In this document: one piece after another, positions 26,401 to 40,300 of the stretch
Layout of the letters: the number at the start of each line of letters is the position of its first letter
Position numbering within the stretch: position 1 is the first letter of the stretch
Origin: the human T2T-CHM13v2.0 reference genome, Homo sapiens
Strand: one strand, 5' to 3'
DNA: 64,000 nucleotides
Assembly: GCF_009914755.1 (NCBI RefSeq)
Contig: NC_060940.1
Position numbers and translations under genes: made by a program
Notes under the pieces: generated by a model
The model's database searches: none
Told to the model about the DNA's origin: nothing
Seen by the model: only the letters and a program-made list of their open reading frames with translations

Positions 26401-28530
26401 CAAGTGGAGATTTCAAGCGCTTTGAGGCCAAAAGCAGAAAAGGAAATATTTTCCTATAAAAACTCGACAGAATCTTTCTCAGAAACTGCTCTGGGATGTG
26501 TGCGTTCAACTCACAGAGTTTAACTTTTCTTTTCATTCAGCAGTTTGGAAACACTCTGTTTGGAAAGTCTGCACGTGGATATTTTGACCTCTTTGAGGCC
26601 TTCGTTGGAAACGGGTTTTTTTCATGTAAGGCTAGACAGAAGAAATCTCAGTAACTTCCTTGTGTTGTGTGTATTCAACTGACAGAGTTGAACCTTCCTT
26701 TAGACAGAGCAGATTCGAAACACTCTTTTTCTGCAATTTGCAAGTGGAGACTTCAAGCGCTTTGAGGCCAAAGGCAGAAAAGGAAATATCTTCGTATAAA
26801 AACCCGACAGAATCATTCTCAGAAACTGCTCTGTGATGTGTGCGTTCAACTCACAGAGTTTAACTTTTCTTTTCATTCAGCAGTTTGGAAACACTCTGTT
26901 TGTAAAGTCTGCAAGTGGATATCTTGGCCTCTTAGAGGCCTTCGTTGGAAACGGGTTTTTTCATGTAAGGATAGACAGAGGAATTCCCAGTAACTTCCTT
27001 GTGTTGTGTGCATTCAACTCACAGAGTTGAATGATTCTTTACACAGAGCAGATTTGAGACACTCTTTTGGTGGAATTTGTAAGTGGAGAATTCAGCCGCT
27101 TTGAGGTCAACGGTAGAAAAGGAAATATCTTCGTATAAAAACTAGACAGAATGATTCTCAGAAACTGTTTTGTGATGTGTGCGTTCAACTCACAGAGTTT
27201 AACCTTTCTTTTCAAAGAGCAGTTAGGAAACACTCTGTTTGTAAAGTCTGCAAGTGGATATTCAGACCTCTTTGAGGCCTTCGTTGGAAACGGGATTTCT
27301 TCATATTATGCTAGACAGATGAATTCTCAGTAACTTCCTTGTGTTGTGTGTATTCAACTCACAGAGTTGAACGATCCTTTACACAGAGCAGATTTGAAAC
27401 ACTGTTTTTCTGGAATTTGCAAGTGGAGATTTCAGCCGCTTTGAGGTCAATGGTAGAAAAGGAAATATCTTCGTATAAAAACTAGACAGAATGATTCTCA
27501 GAAACTCCTTTGTGATGTGTGCGTTCAACTCACAGAGTTTAACCTTTCTTTTCACAGAGCAGTTAGGAAACACTCTGTTTGTGAAGCCTGCCAGTGGATA
27601 TTCGGACCTCTTTGAGGCCTTCGTTGGAAACGGGATTTCTTCATATTATGCTAGACAGAAGATTTCTCAGTAACTTCTTTGTGTTGTGTGTATGCAACTC
27701 ACAGAGTTCAACCTTCCTTTAGACAGAGCAGATTTGAAACACTCTTTTTGTGGAATTTGCAAGTGGAGATTTCAAGCGCTTCGATGCCAATGGTAGAAAA
27801 GGAAATATCTTCGTAGAAAAACAAGACAAACTCGTTCCCAGACACTGCGTAGTGATGTGTGTGTTTAACTCACAGAGTTTAACCTTTCTTTTCATACAGC
27901 ATTCTGGAAACCCTCTGTTTGTAAAGTCTGCAAGTGGATATTTGGACCTCTTAGATGCCTTCGTTGGAAACGGGATTTCTTCATATAATGCTAGAGGGAA
28001 GAATTCTTAGTAACTTCTTTTGTTGTGTGTATTCAACTGACAGAGTTGAACCTTCCTTTAGACAGAGCAGATTTGAAAGTCTCTTTTTGTGGAATTTGCA
28101 AGTGGAGATTTCAAGCGCTTTGAGGCCAAAAGCAGAAAAGGAAGTATTTTCCTATAAAAACTCGACAGAATCTTTCTCAGAAACTGCTCTGGGACGTGTG
28201 CGTTCAACTCATAGAGTTTAACTTTTCTTTTCATTCAGCAGTTTGGAAACACTCTGTTTGGAAAGTCTGCACGTGGATATTTTGACCTCTTTGAGGCCTT
28301 TGTTGGAAACGGGTTTTTTTCATGTAAGGCTAGACAGAAGAAATCTCAGTAACTTCCTTGTGTTGTGTGTATTCAACTGACAGAGTTGAACCTTCCTTTA
28401 GACAGAGCAGATTCGAAACACTCTTTTTCTGCAATTTGCAAGTGGAGACTTCAAGCGCTTTGAGGCCAAAGGCAGAAAAGGAAATATCTTCGTATAAAAA
28501 CCCGACAGAATCATTCTCAGAAACTGCTCT

Positions 28531-29889
28531 GTGATGTGTGCGTTCAACTCACAGAGTTTAACTTTTCTATTCATTCAGCAGTTTGGAAACACTCTGTTTG
28601 TAAAGTCTGCAAGTGGATATCTTGGCCTCTTAGAGGCCTTCGTTGGAAACGGGTTTTTTCATGTAAGGTTAGACAGAGGAATTCCCAGTAACTTCCTTGT
28701 GTTGTGTGCATTCAACTCACAGAGTTGAATGATTCTTTACACAGAGCAGATTTGAGACACTCTTTTGGTGGAATTTGTAAGTGGAGAATTCAGCCGCTTT
28801 GAGGTCAACGGTAGAAAAGGAAATATCTTCGTATAAAAACTAGACAGAATGATTCTCAGAAACTCCTTTGTGATGTGTGCGTTCAACTCACAGAGTTTAA
28901 CCTTTCTTTTCACAGAGCAGTTAGGAAACACTCTGTTTGTGAAGCCTGCCAGTGGATATTCGGACCTCTTTGAGGCCTTCGTTGGAAACGGGATTTCTTC
29001 ATATTATGCTAGACAGAAGATTTCTCAGTAACTTCTTTGTGTTGTGTGTATGCAACTCACAGAGTTCAACCTTCCTTTAGAGAGAGCATATTTGAAACAC
29101 TCTTTTTGTGGAATTTGCAAGTGGAGATTTCAAGCGCTTCGATGCCAATGGTAGAAAAGGAAATATCTTCGTATAAAAACAAGACAAACTCGTTCCCAGA
29201 CACTGCGTAGTGATGTGTGTGTTTAACTCACAGAGTTTAACCTTTCTTTTCATACAGCATTCTGGAAACCCTGTGTTTGTAAAGTCTGCAAGTGGATATT
29301 TGGACCTCTTAGATGCCTTCGTTGGAAACGGGATTTCTTCATATAATGCTAGAGGGAAGAATTCTTAGTAACTTCTTTGTGTTGTGTGTATTCAACTGAC
29401 AGAGTTGAACCTTCCTTTAGACAGAGCAGATTTGAAAGTCTCTTTTTGTGGAATTTGCAAGTGGAGATTTCAAGCGCTTTGAGGCCAAAAGCAGAAAAGG
29501 AAATATTTTCCTATAAAAACTCGACAGAATCTTTCTCAGAAACTGCTCTGGGATGTGTGCGTTCAACTCACAGAGTTTAACTTTTCTTTTCATTCAGCAG
29601 TTTGGAAACACTCTGTTTGGAAAGTCTGCACGTGGATATTTTGACCTCTTTGAGGCCTTCGTTGGAAACGGGTTTTTTTCATGTAAGGCTAGACAGAAGA
29701 AATCTCAGTAACTTCCTTGTGTTGTGTGTATTCAACTGACAGAGTTGAACCTTCCTTTAGACAGAGCAGATTCGAAACACTCTTTTTCTGCAATTTGCAA
29801 GTGGAGACTTCAAGCGCTTTGAGGCCAAAGGCAGAAAAGGAAATATCTTCGTATAAAAACCCGACAGAATCATTCTCAGAAACTGCTCT
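28531..29889 (+). repeat. 8-mer HOR structural variant (1359 bp)
   Basis: Anchor spacing is 1359, with the same junction as unit 22078. Confidence 0.96.
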
Positions 29890-31588
29890 GTGATGTGTGC
29901 GTTCAACTCACAGAGTTTAACTTTTCTTTTCATTCAGCAGTTTGGAAACACTCTGTTTGTAAAGTCTGCAAGTGGATATCTTGGCCTCTTAGAGGCCTTC
30001 GTTGGAAACGGGTTTTTTCATGTAAGGATAGACAGAGGAATTCCCAGTAACTTCCTTGTGTTGTGTGCATTCAACTCACAGAGTTGAATGATTCTTTACA
30101 CAGAGCAGATTTGAGACACTCTTTTGGTGGAATTTGTAAGTGGAGAATTCAGCCGCTTTGAGGTCAACGGTAGAAAAGGAAATATCTTCGTATAAAAACT
30201 AGACAGAATGATTCTCAGAAACTGTTTTGTGATGTGTGCGTTCAACTCACAGAGTTTAACCTTTCTTTTCAAAGAGCAGTTAGGAAACACTCTGTTTGTA
30301 AAGTCTGCAAGTGGATATTCAGACCTCTTTGAGGCCTTCGTTGGAAACGGGATTTCTTCATATTATGCTAGACAGATGAATTCTCAGTAACTTCCTTGTG
30401 TTGTGTGTATTCAACTCACAGAGTTGAACGATCCTTTACACAGAGCAGATTTGAAACACTGTTTTTCTGGAATTTGCAAGTGGAGATTTCAGCCGCTTTG
30501 AGGTCAATGGTAGAAAAGGAAATATCTTCGTATAAAAACTAGACAGAATGATTCTCAGAAACTCCTTTGTGATGTGTGCGTTCAACTCACAGAGTTTAAC
30601 CTTTCTTTTCACAGAGCAGTTAGGAAACACTCTGTTTGTGAAGCCTGCCAGTGGATATTCGGACCTCTTTGAGGCCTTCGTTGGAAACGGGATTTCTTCA
30701 TATTATGCTAGACAGAAGATTTCTCAGTAACTTCTTTGTGTTGTGTGTATGCAACTCACAGAGTTCAACCTTCCTTTAGACAGAGCAGATTTGAAACACT
30801 CTTTTTGTGGAATTTGCAAGTGGAGATTTCAAGCGCTTCGATGCCAATGGTAGAAAAGGAAATATCTTCGTATAAAAACAAGACAAACTCGTTCCCAGAC
30901 ACTGCGTAGTGATGTGTGTGTTTAACTCACAGAGTTTAACCTTTCTTTTCATACAGCATTCTGGAAACCCTGTGTTTGTAAAGTCTGGAAGTGGATATTT
31001 GGACCTCTTAGATGCCTTCGTTGGAAACGGGATTTCTTCATATAATGCTAGAGGGAAGAATTCTTAGTAACTTCTTTGTGTTGTGTGTATTCAACTGACA
31101 GAGTTGAACCTTCCTTTAGACAGAGCAGATTTGAAAGTCTCTTTTTGTGGAATTTGCAAGTGGAGATTTCAAGCGCTTTGAGGCCAAAAGCAGAAAAGGA
31201 AGTATTTTCCTATAAAAACTCGACAGAATCTTTCTCAGAAACTGCTCTGGGACGTGTGCGTTCAACTCACAGAGTTTAACTTTTCTTTTCATTCAGCAGT
31301 TTGGAAACACTCTGTTTGGAAAGTCTGCACGTGGATATTTTGACCTCTTTGAGGCCTTTGTTGGAAACGGGTTTTTTTCATGTAAGGCTAGACAGAAGAA
31401 ATCTCAGTAACTTCCTTGTGTTGTGTGTATTCAACTGACAGAGTTGAACCTTCCTTTAGACAGAGCAGATTCGAAACACTCTTTTTCTGCAATTTGCAAG
31501 TGGAGACTTCAAGCGCTTTGAGGCCAAAGGCAGAAAAGGAAATATCTTCGTATAAAAACCCGACAGAATCATTCTCAGAAACTGCTCT

Positions 31589-34306
31589 GTGATGTGTGCG
31601 TTCAACTCACAGAGTTTAACTTTTCTATTCATTCAGCAGTTTGGAAACACTCTGTTTGTAAAGTCTGCAAGTGGATATCTTGGCCTCTTAGAGGCCTTCG
31701 TTGGAAACGGGTTTTTTCATGTAAGGTTAGACAGAGGAATTCCCAGTAACTTCCTTGTGTTGTGTGCATTCAACTCACAGAGTTGAATGATTCTTTACAC
31801 AGAGCAGATTTGAGACACTCTTTTGGTGGAATTTGTAAGTGGAGAATTCAGCCGCTTTGAGGTCAACGGTAGAAAAGGAAATATCTTCGTATAAAAACTA
31901 GACAGAATGATTCTCAGAAACTCCTTTGTGATGTGTGCGTTCAACTCACAGAGTTTAACCTTTCTTTTCACAGAGCAGTTAGGAAACACTCTGTTTGTGA
32001 AGCCTGCCAGTGGATATTCGGACCTCTTTGAGGCCTTCGTTGGAAACGGGATTTCTTCATATTATGCTAGACAGAAGATTTCTCAGTAACTTCTTTGTGT
32101 TGTGTGTATGCAACTCACAGAGTTCAACCTTCCTTTAGAGAGAGCATATTTGAAACACTCTTTTTGTGGAATTTGCAAGTGGAGATTTCAAGCGCTTCGA
32201 TGCCAATGGTAGAAAAGGAAATATCTTCGTATAAAAACAAGACAAACTCGTTCCCAGACACTGCGTAGTGATGTGTGTGTTTAACTCACAGAGTTTAACC
32301 TTTCTTTTCATACAGCATTCTGGAAACCCTGTGTTTGTAAAGTCTGCAAGTGGATATTTGGACCTCTTAGATGCCTTCGTTGGAAACGGGATTTCTTCAT
32401 ATAATGCTAGAGGGAAGAATTCTTAGTAACTTCTTTGTGTTGTGTGTATTCAACTGACAGAGTTGAACCTTCCTTTAGACAGAGCAGATTTGAAAGTCTC
32501 TTTTTGTGGAATTTGCAAGTGGAGATTTCAAGCGCTTTGAGGCCAAAAGCAGAAAAGGAAGTATTTTCCTATAAAAACTCGACAGAATCTTTCTCAGAAA
32601 CTGCTCTGGGACGTGTGCGTTCAACTCACAGAGTTTAACTTTTCTTTTCATTCAGCAGTTTGGAAACACTCTGTTTGGAAAGTCTGCACGTGGATATTTT
32701 GACCTCTTTGAGGCCTTTGTTGGAAACGGGTTTTTTTCATGTAAGGCTAGACAGAAGAAATCTCAGTAACTTCCTTGTGTTGTGTGTATTCAACTGACAG
32801 AGTTGAACCTTCCTTTAGACAGAGCAGATTCGAAACACTCTTTTTCTGCAATTTGCAAGTGGAGACTTCAAGCGCTTTGAGGCCAAAGGCAGAAAAGGAA
32901 ATATCTTCGTATAAAAACCCGACAGAATCATTCTCAGAAACTGCTCTGTGATGTGTGCGTTCAACTCACAGAGTTTAACTTTTCTATTCATTCAGCAGTT
33001 TGGAAACACTCTGTTTGTAAAGTCTGCAAGTGGATATCTTGGCCTCTTAGAGGCCTTCGGTGGAAACGGGTTTTTTCATGTAAGGTTAGAGAGAGGAATT
33101 CCCAGTAACTTCCTTGTGTTGTGTGCATTCAACTCACAGAGTTGAATGATTCTTTACACAGAGCAGATTTGAGACACTCTTTTGGTGGAATTTGTAAGTG
33201 GAGAATTCAGCCGCTTTGAGGTCAACGGTAGAAAAGGAAATATCTTCGTATAAAAACTAGACAGAATGATTCTCAGAAACTGCTTTGTGATGTGTGCGTT
33301 CAACTCACAGAGTTTAACCTTTCTTTTCACAGAGCAGTTAGGAAACACTCTGTTTGTGAAGCCTGCCAGTGGATATTCGGACCTCTTTGAGGCCTTCGTT
33401 GGAAACGGGATTTCTTCATATTATGCTAGACAGAAGATTTCTCAGTAACTTCTTTGTGTTGTGTGTATGCAACTCACAGAGTTCAACCTTCCTTTAGAGA
33501 GAGCATATTTGAAACACTCTTTTTGTGGAATTTGCAAGTGGAGATTTCAAGCGCTTCGATGCCAATGGTAGAAAAGGAAATATCTTCGTATAAAAACAAG
33601 ACAAACTCGTTCCCAGACACTGCGTAGTGATGTGTGTGTTTAACTCACAGAGTTTAACCTTTCTTTTCATACAGCATTCTGGAAACCCTGTGTTTGTAAA
33701 GTCTGCAAGTGGATATTTGGACCTCTTAGATGCCTTCGTTGGAAACGGGATTTCTTCATATAATGCTAGAGGGAAGAATTCTTAGTAACTTCTTTGTGTT
33801 GTGTGTATTCAACTGACAGAGTTGAACCTTCCTTTAGACAGAGCAGATTTGAAAGTCTCTTTTTGTGGAATTTGCAAGTGGAGATTTCAAGCGCTTTGAG
33901 GCCAAAAGCAGAAAAGGAAATATTTTCCTATAAAAACTCGACAGAATCTTTCTCAGAAACTGCTCTGGGATGTGTGCGTTCAACTCACAGAGTTTAACTT
34001 TTCTTTTCATTCAGCAGTTTGGAAACACTCTGTTTGGAAAGTCTGCACGTGGATATTTTGACCTCTTTGAGGCCTTCGTTGGAAACGGGTTTTTTTCATG
34101 TAAGTCTAGACAGAAGAAATCTCAGTAACTTCCTTGTGTTGTGTGTATTCAACTGACAGAGTTGAACCTTCCTTTAGACAGAGCAGATTCGAAACACTCT
34201 TTTTCTGCAATTTGCAAGTGGAGACTTGAAGCGCTTTGAGGCCAAAGGCAGAAAAGGAAATATCTTCGTATAAAAACCCGACAGAATCATTCTCAGAAAC
34301 TGCTCT
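31589..34306 (+). repeat. Two tandem 8-mer HOR variants (2 x 1359 bp)
   Basis: Anchors at 31589, 32948 and 34307. Confidence 0.96.
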
Positions 34307-37300
34307 GTGATGTGTGCGTTCAACTCACAGAGTTTAACTTTTCTTTTCATTCAGCAGTTTGGAAACACTCTGTTTGTAAAGTCTGCAAGTGGATATCTTG
34401 GCCTCTTAGAGGCCTTCGTTGGAAACGGGTTTTTTCATGTAAGGATAGACAGAGGAATTCCCAGTAACTTCCTTGTGTTGTGTGCATTCAACTCACAGAG
34501 TTGAATGATTCTTTACACAGAGCAGATTTGAGACACTCTTTTGGTGGAATTTGTAAGTGGAGAATTCAGCCGCTTTGAGGTCAACGGTAGAAAAGGAAAT
34601 ATCTTCGTATAAAAACTAGACAGAATGATTCTCAGAAACTGTTTTGTGATGTGTGCGTTCAACTCACAGAGTTTAACCTTTCTTTTCAAAGAGCAGTTAG
34701 GAAACACTCTGTTTGTAAAGTCTGCAAGTGGATATTCAGACCTCTTTGAGGCCTTCGTTGGAAACGGGATTTCTTCATATTATGCTAGACAGATGAATTC
34801 TCAGTAACTTCCTTGTGTTGTGTGTATTCAACTCACAGAGTTGAACGATCCTTTACACAGAGCAGATTTGAAACACTGTTTTTCTGGAATTTGCAAGTGG
34901 AGATTTCAGCCGCTTTGAGGTCAATGGTAGAAAAGGAAATATCTTCGTATAAAAACTAGACAGAATGATTCTCAGAAACTCCTTTGTGATGTGTGCGTTC
35001 AACTCACAGAGTTTAACCTTTCTTTTCACAGAGCAGTTAGGAAACACTCTGTTTGTGAAGCCTGCCAGTGGATATTCGGACCTCTTTGAGGCCTTCGTTG
35101 GAAACGGGATTTCTTCATATTATGCTAGACAGAAGATTTCTCAGTAACTTCTTTGGGTTGTGTGTATGCAACTCACAGAGTTCAACCTTCCTTTAGACAG
35201 AGCAGATTTGAAACACTCTTTTTGTGGAATTTGCAAGTGGAGATTTCAAGCGCTTCGATGCCAATGGTAGAAAAGGAAATATCTTCGTATAAAAACAAGA
35301 CAAACTCGTTCCCAGACACTGCGTAGTGATGTGTGTGTTTAACTCACAGAGTTTAACCTTTCTTTTCATACAGCATTCTGGAAACCCTGTGTTTGTAAAG
35401 TCTGCAAGTGGATATTTGGACCTCTTAGATGCCTTCGTTGGAAACGGGATTTCTTCATATAATGCTAGAGGGAAGAATTCTTAGTAACTTCTTTGTGTTG
35501 TGTGTATTCAACTGACAGAGTTGAACCTTCCTTTAGACAGAGCAGATTTGAAAGTCTCTTTTTGTGGAATTTGCAAGTGGAGATTTCAAGCGCTTTGAGG
35601 CCAAAAGCAGAAAAGGAAATATTTTCCTATAAAAACTAGACAGAATCTTTCTCACAAACTGCTCTGGGATGTGTGCGTTCAACTCACAGAGTTTAACTTT
35701 TCTTTTCATTCAGCAGTTTGGAAACACTCTGTTTGGAAAGTCTGCACGTGGATATTTTGACCTCTTTGAGGCCTTCGTTGGAAACGGGTTTTTTTCATGT
35801 AAGGCTAGACAGAAGAAATCTCAGTAACTTCCTTGTGTTGTGTGTATTCAACTGACAGAGTTGAACCTTCCTTTAGACAGAGCAGATTCGAAACACTCTT
35901 TTTCTGCAATTTGCAAGTGGAGACTTCAAGCGCTTTGAGGCCAAAGGCAGAAAAGGAAATATCTTCGTATAAAAACCCGACAGAATCATTCTCAGAAACT
36001 GCTCTGTGATGTGTGCGTTCAACTCACAGAGTTTAACTTTTCTTTTCATTCAGCAGTTTGGAAACACTCTGTTTGTAAAGTCTGCAAGTGGATATCTTGG
36101 CCTCTTAGAGGCCTTCGTTGGAAACGGGTTTTTTCATGTAAGGTTAGACAGAGGAATTCCCAGTAACTTCCTTGTGTTGTGTGCATTCAACTCACAGAGT
36201 TGAATGATTCTTTACACAGAGCAGATTTGAGACACTCTTTTGGTGGAATTTGTAAGTGGAGAATTCAGCCGCTTTGAGGTCAACGGTAGAAAAGGAAATA
36301 TCTTCGTATAAAAACTAGACAGAATGATTCTCAGAAACTGTTTTGTGATGTGTGCGTTCAACTCACAGAGTTTAACCTTTCTTTTCAAAGAGCAGTTAGG
36401 AAACACTCTGTTTGTAAAGTCTGCAAGTGGATATTCAGACCTCTTTGAGGCCTTCGTTGGAAACGGGATTTCTTCATATTATGCTAGACAGATGAATTCT
36501 CAGTAACTTCCTTGTGTTGTGTGTATTCAACTCACAGAGTTGAACGATCCTTTACACAGAGCAGATTTGAAACACTGTTTTTCTGGAATTTGCAAGTGGA
36601 GATTTCAGCCGCTTTGAGGTCAATGGTAGAAAAGGAAATATCTTCGTATAAAAACTAGACAGAATGATTCTCAGAAACTCCTTTGTGATGTGTGCGTTCA
36701 ACTCACAGAGTTTAACCTTTCTTTTCACAGAGCAGTTAGGAAACACTCTGTTTGTGAAGCCTGCCAGTGGATATTCGGACCTCTTTGAGGCCTTCGTTGG
36801 AAACGGGATTTCTTCATATTATGCTAGACAGAAGATTTCTCAGTAACTTCTTTGTGTTGTGTGTATGCAACTCACAGAGTTCAACCTTCCTTTAGACAGA
36901 GCAGATTTGAAACACTCTTTTTGTGGAATTTGCAAGTGGAGATTTCAAGCGCTTCGATGCCAATGGTAGAAAAGGAAATATCTTCGTATAAAAACAAGAC
37001 AAACTCGTTCCCAGACACTGCGTAGTGATGTGTGTGTTTAACTCACAGAGTTTCACCTTTCTTTTCATACAGCATTCTGGAAACCCTGTGTTTGTAAAGT
37101 CTGCAAGTGGATATTTGGACCTCTTAGATGCCTTCGTTGGAAACGGGATTTCTTCATATAATGCTAGAGGGAAGAATTCTTAGTAACTTCTTTGTGTTGT
37201 GTGTATTCAACTGACAGAGTTGAACCTTCCTTTAGACAGAGCAGATTTGAAAGTCTCTTTTTGTGGAATTTGCAAGTGGAGATTTCAAGCGCTTTGAGGC

Positions 37301-40300
37301 CAAAAGCAGAAAAGGAAATATTTTCCTATAAAAACTCGACAGAATCTTTCTCAGAAACTGCTCTGGGATGTGTGCGTTCAACTCACAGAGTTTAACTTTT
37401 CTTTTCATTCAGCAGTTTGGAAACACTCTGTTTGGAAAGTCTGCACGTGGATATTTTGACCTCTTTGAGGCCTTCGTTGGAAACGGGTTTTTTTCATGTA
37501 AGGCTAGACAGAAGAAATCTCAGTAACTTCCTTGTGTTGTGTGTATTCAACTGACAGAGTTGAACCTTCCTTTAGACAGAGCAGATTCGAAACACTCTTT
37601 TTCTGCAATTTGCAAGTGGAGACTTGAAGCGCTTTGAGGCCAAAGGCAGAAAAGGAAATATCTTCGTATAAAAACCCGACAGAATCATTCTCAGAAACTG
37701 CTCTGTGATGTGTGCGTTCAACTCACAGAGTTTAACTTTTCTTTTCATTCAGCAGTTTGGAAACACTCTGTTTGTAAAGCCTGCAAGTGGATATCTTGGC
37801 CTCTTAGAGGCCTTCGTTGGAAACGGGTTTTTTCATGTAAGGATAGACAGAGGAATTCCCAGTAACTTCCTTGTGTTGTGTGCATTCAACTCACAGAGTT
37901 GAATGATTCTTTACACAGAGCAGATTTGAGACACTCTTTTGGTGGAATTTGTAAGTGGAGAATTCAGCCGCTTTGAGGTCAACGGTAGAAAAGGAAATAT
38001 CTTCGTATAAAAACTAGACAGAATGATTCTCAGAAACTGTTTTGTGATGTGTGCGTTCAACTCACAGAGTTTAACCTTTCTTTTCAAAGAGCAGTTAGGA
38101 AACACTCTGTTTGTAAAGTCTGCAAGTGGATATTCAGACCTCTTTGAGGCCTTCGTTGGAAACGGGATTTCTTCATATTATGCTAGACAGATGAATTCTC
38201 AGTAACTTCCTTGTGTTGTGTGTATTCAACTCACAGAGTTGAACGATCCTTTACACAGAGCAGATTTGAAACACTGTTTTTCTGGAATTTGCAAGTGGAG
38301 ATTTCAGCCGCTTTGAGGTCAATGGTAGAAAAGGAAATATCTTCGTATAAAAACTAGACAGAATGATTCTCAGAAACTCCTTTGTGATGTGTGCGTTCAA
38401 CTCACAGAGTTTAACCTTTCTTTTCACAGAGCAGTTAGGAAACACTCTGTTTGTGAAGCCTGCCAGTGGATATTCGGACCTCTTTGAGGCCTTCGTTGGA
38501 AACGGGATTTCTTCATATTATGCTAGACAGAAGATTTCTCAGTAACTTCTTTGTGTTGTGTGTATGCAACTCACAGAGTTCAACCTTCCTTTAGACAGAG
38601 CAGATTTGAAACACTCTTTTTGTGGAATTTGCAAGTGGAGATTTCAAGCGCTTCGATGCCAATGGTAGAAAAGGAAATATCTTCGTATAAAAACAAGACA
38701 AACTCGTTCCCAGACACTGCGTAGTGATGTGTGTGTTTAACTCACAGAGTTTAACCTTTCTTTTCATACAGCATTCTGGAAACCCTGTGTTTGTAAAGTC
38801 TGCAAGTGGATATTTGGACCTCTTAGATGCCTTCGTTGGAAACGGGATTTCTTCATATAATGCTAGAGGGAAGAATTCTTAGTAACTTCTTTGTGTTGTG
38901 TGTATTCAACTGACAGAGTTGAACCTTCCTTTAGACAGAGCAGATTTGAAAGTTTCTTTTTGTGGAATTTGCAAGTGGAGATTTCAAGCGCTTTGAGGCC
39001 AAAAGCAGAAAAGGAAATATTTTCCTATAAAAACTAGACAGAATCTTTCTCAGAAACTGCTCTGGGACGTGTGCGTTCAACTCACAGAGTTTAACTTTTC
39101 TTTTCATTCAGCAGTTTGGAAACACTCTGTTTGGAAAGTCTGCACGTGGATATTTTGACCTCTTTGAGGCCTTCGTTGGAAACGGGTTTTTTTCATGTAA
39201 GGCTAGACAGAAGAAATCTCAGTAACTTCCTTGTGTTGTGTGTATTCAACTGACAGAGTTGAACCTTCCTTTAGACAGAGCAGATTCGAAACACTCTTTT
39301 TCTGCAATTTGCAAGTGGAGACTTCAAGCGCTTTGAGGCCAAAGGCAGAAAAGGAAATATCTTCGTATAAAAACCCGACAGAATCATTCTCAGAAACTGC
39401 TCTGTGATGTGTGCGTTCAACTCACAGAGTTTAACTTTTCTTTTCATTCAGCAGTTTGGAAACACTCTGTTTGTAAAGTCTGCAAGTGGATATCTTGGCC
39501 TCTTAGAGGCCTTCGTTGGAAACGGGTTTTTTCATGTAAGGTTAGACAGAGGAATTCCCAGTAACTTCCTTGTGTTGTGTGCATTCAACTCACAGAGTTG
39601 AATGATTCTTTACACAGAGCAGATTTGAGACACTCTTTTGGTGGAATTTGTAAGTGGAGAATTCAGCCGCTTTGAGGTCAACGGTAGAAAAGGAAATATC
39701 TTCGTATAAAAACTAGACAGAATGATTCTCAGAAACTGTTTTGTGATGTGTGCGTTCAACTCACAGAGTTTAACCTTTCTTTTCAAAGAGCAGTTAGGAA
39801 ACACTCTGTTTGTAAAGTCTGCAAGTGGATATTCAGACCTCTTTGAGGCCTTCGTTGGAAACGGGATTTCTTCATATTATGCTAGACAGATGAATTCTCA
39901 GTAACTTCCTTGTGTTGTGTGTATTCAACTCACAGAGTTGAACGATCCTTTACACAGAGCAGATTTGAAACACTGTTTTTCTGGAATTTGCAAGTGGAGA
40001 TTTCAGCCGCTTTGAGGTCAATGGTAGAAAAGGAAATATCTTCGTATAAAAACTAGACAGAATGATTCTCAGAAACTCCTTTGTGATGTGTGCGTTCAAC
40101 TCACAGAGTTTAACCTTTCTTTTCACAGAGCAGTTAGGAAACACTCTGTTTGTGAAGCCTGCCAGTGGATATTCGGACCTCTTTGAGGCCTTCGTTGGAA
40201 ACGGGATTTCTTCATATTATGCTAGACAGAAGATTTCTCAGTAACTTCTTTGTGTTGTGTGTATGCAACTCACAGAGTTCAACCTTCCTTTAGACAGAGC

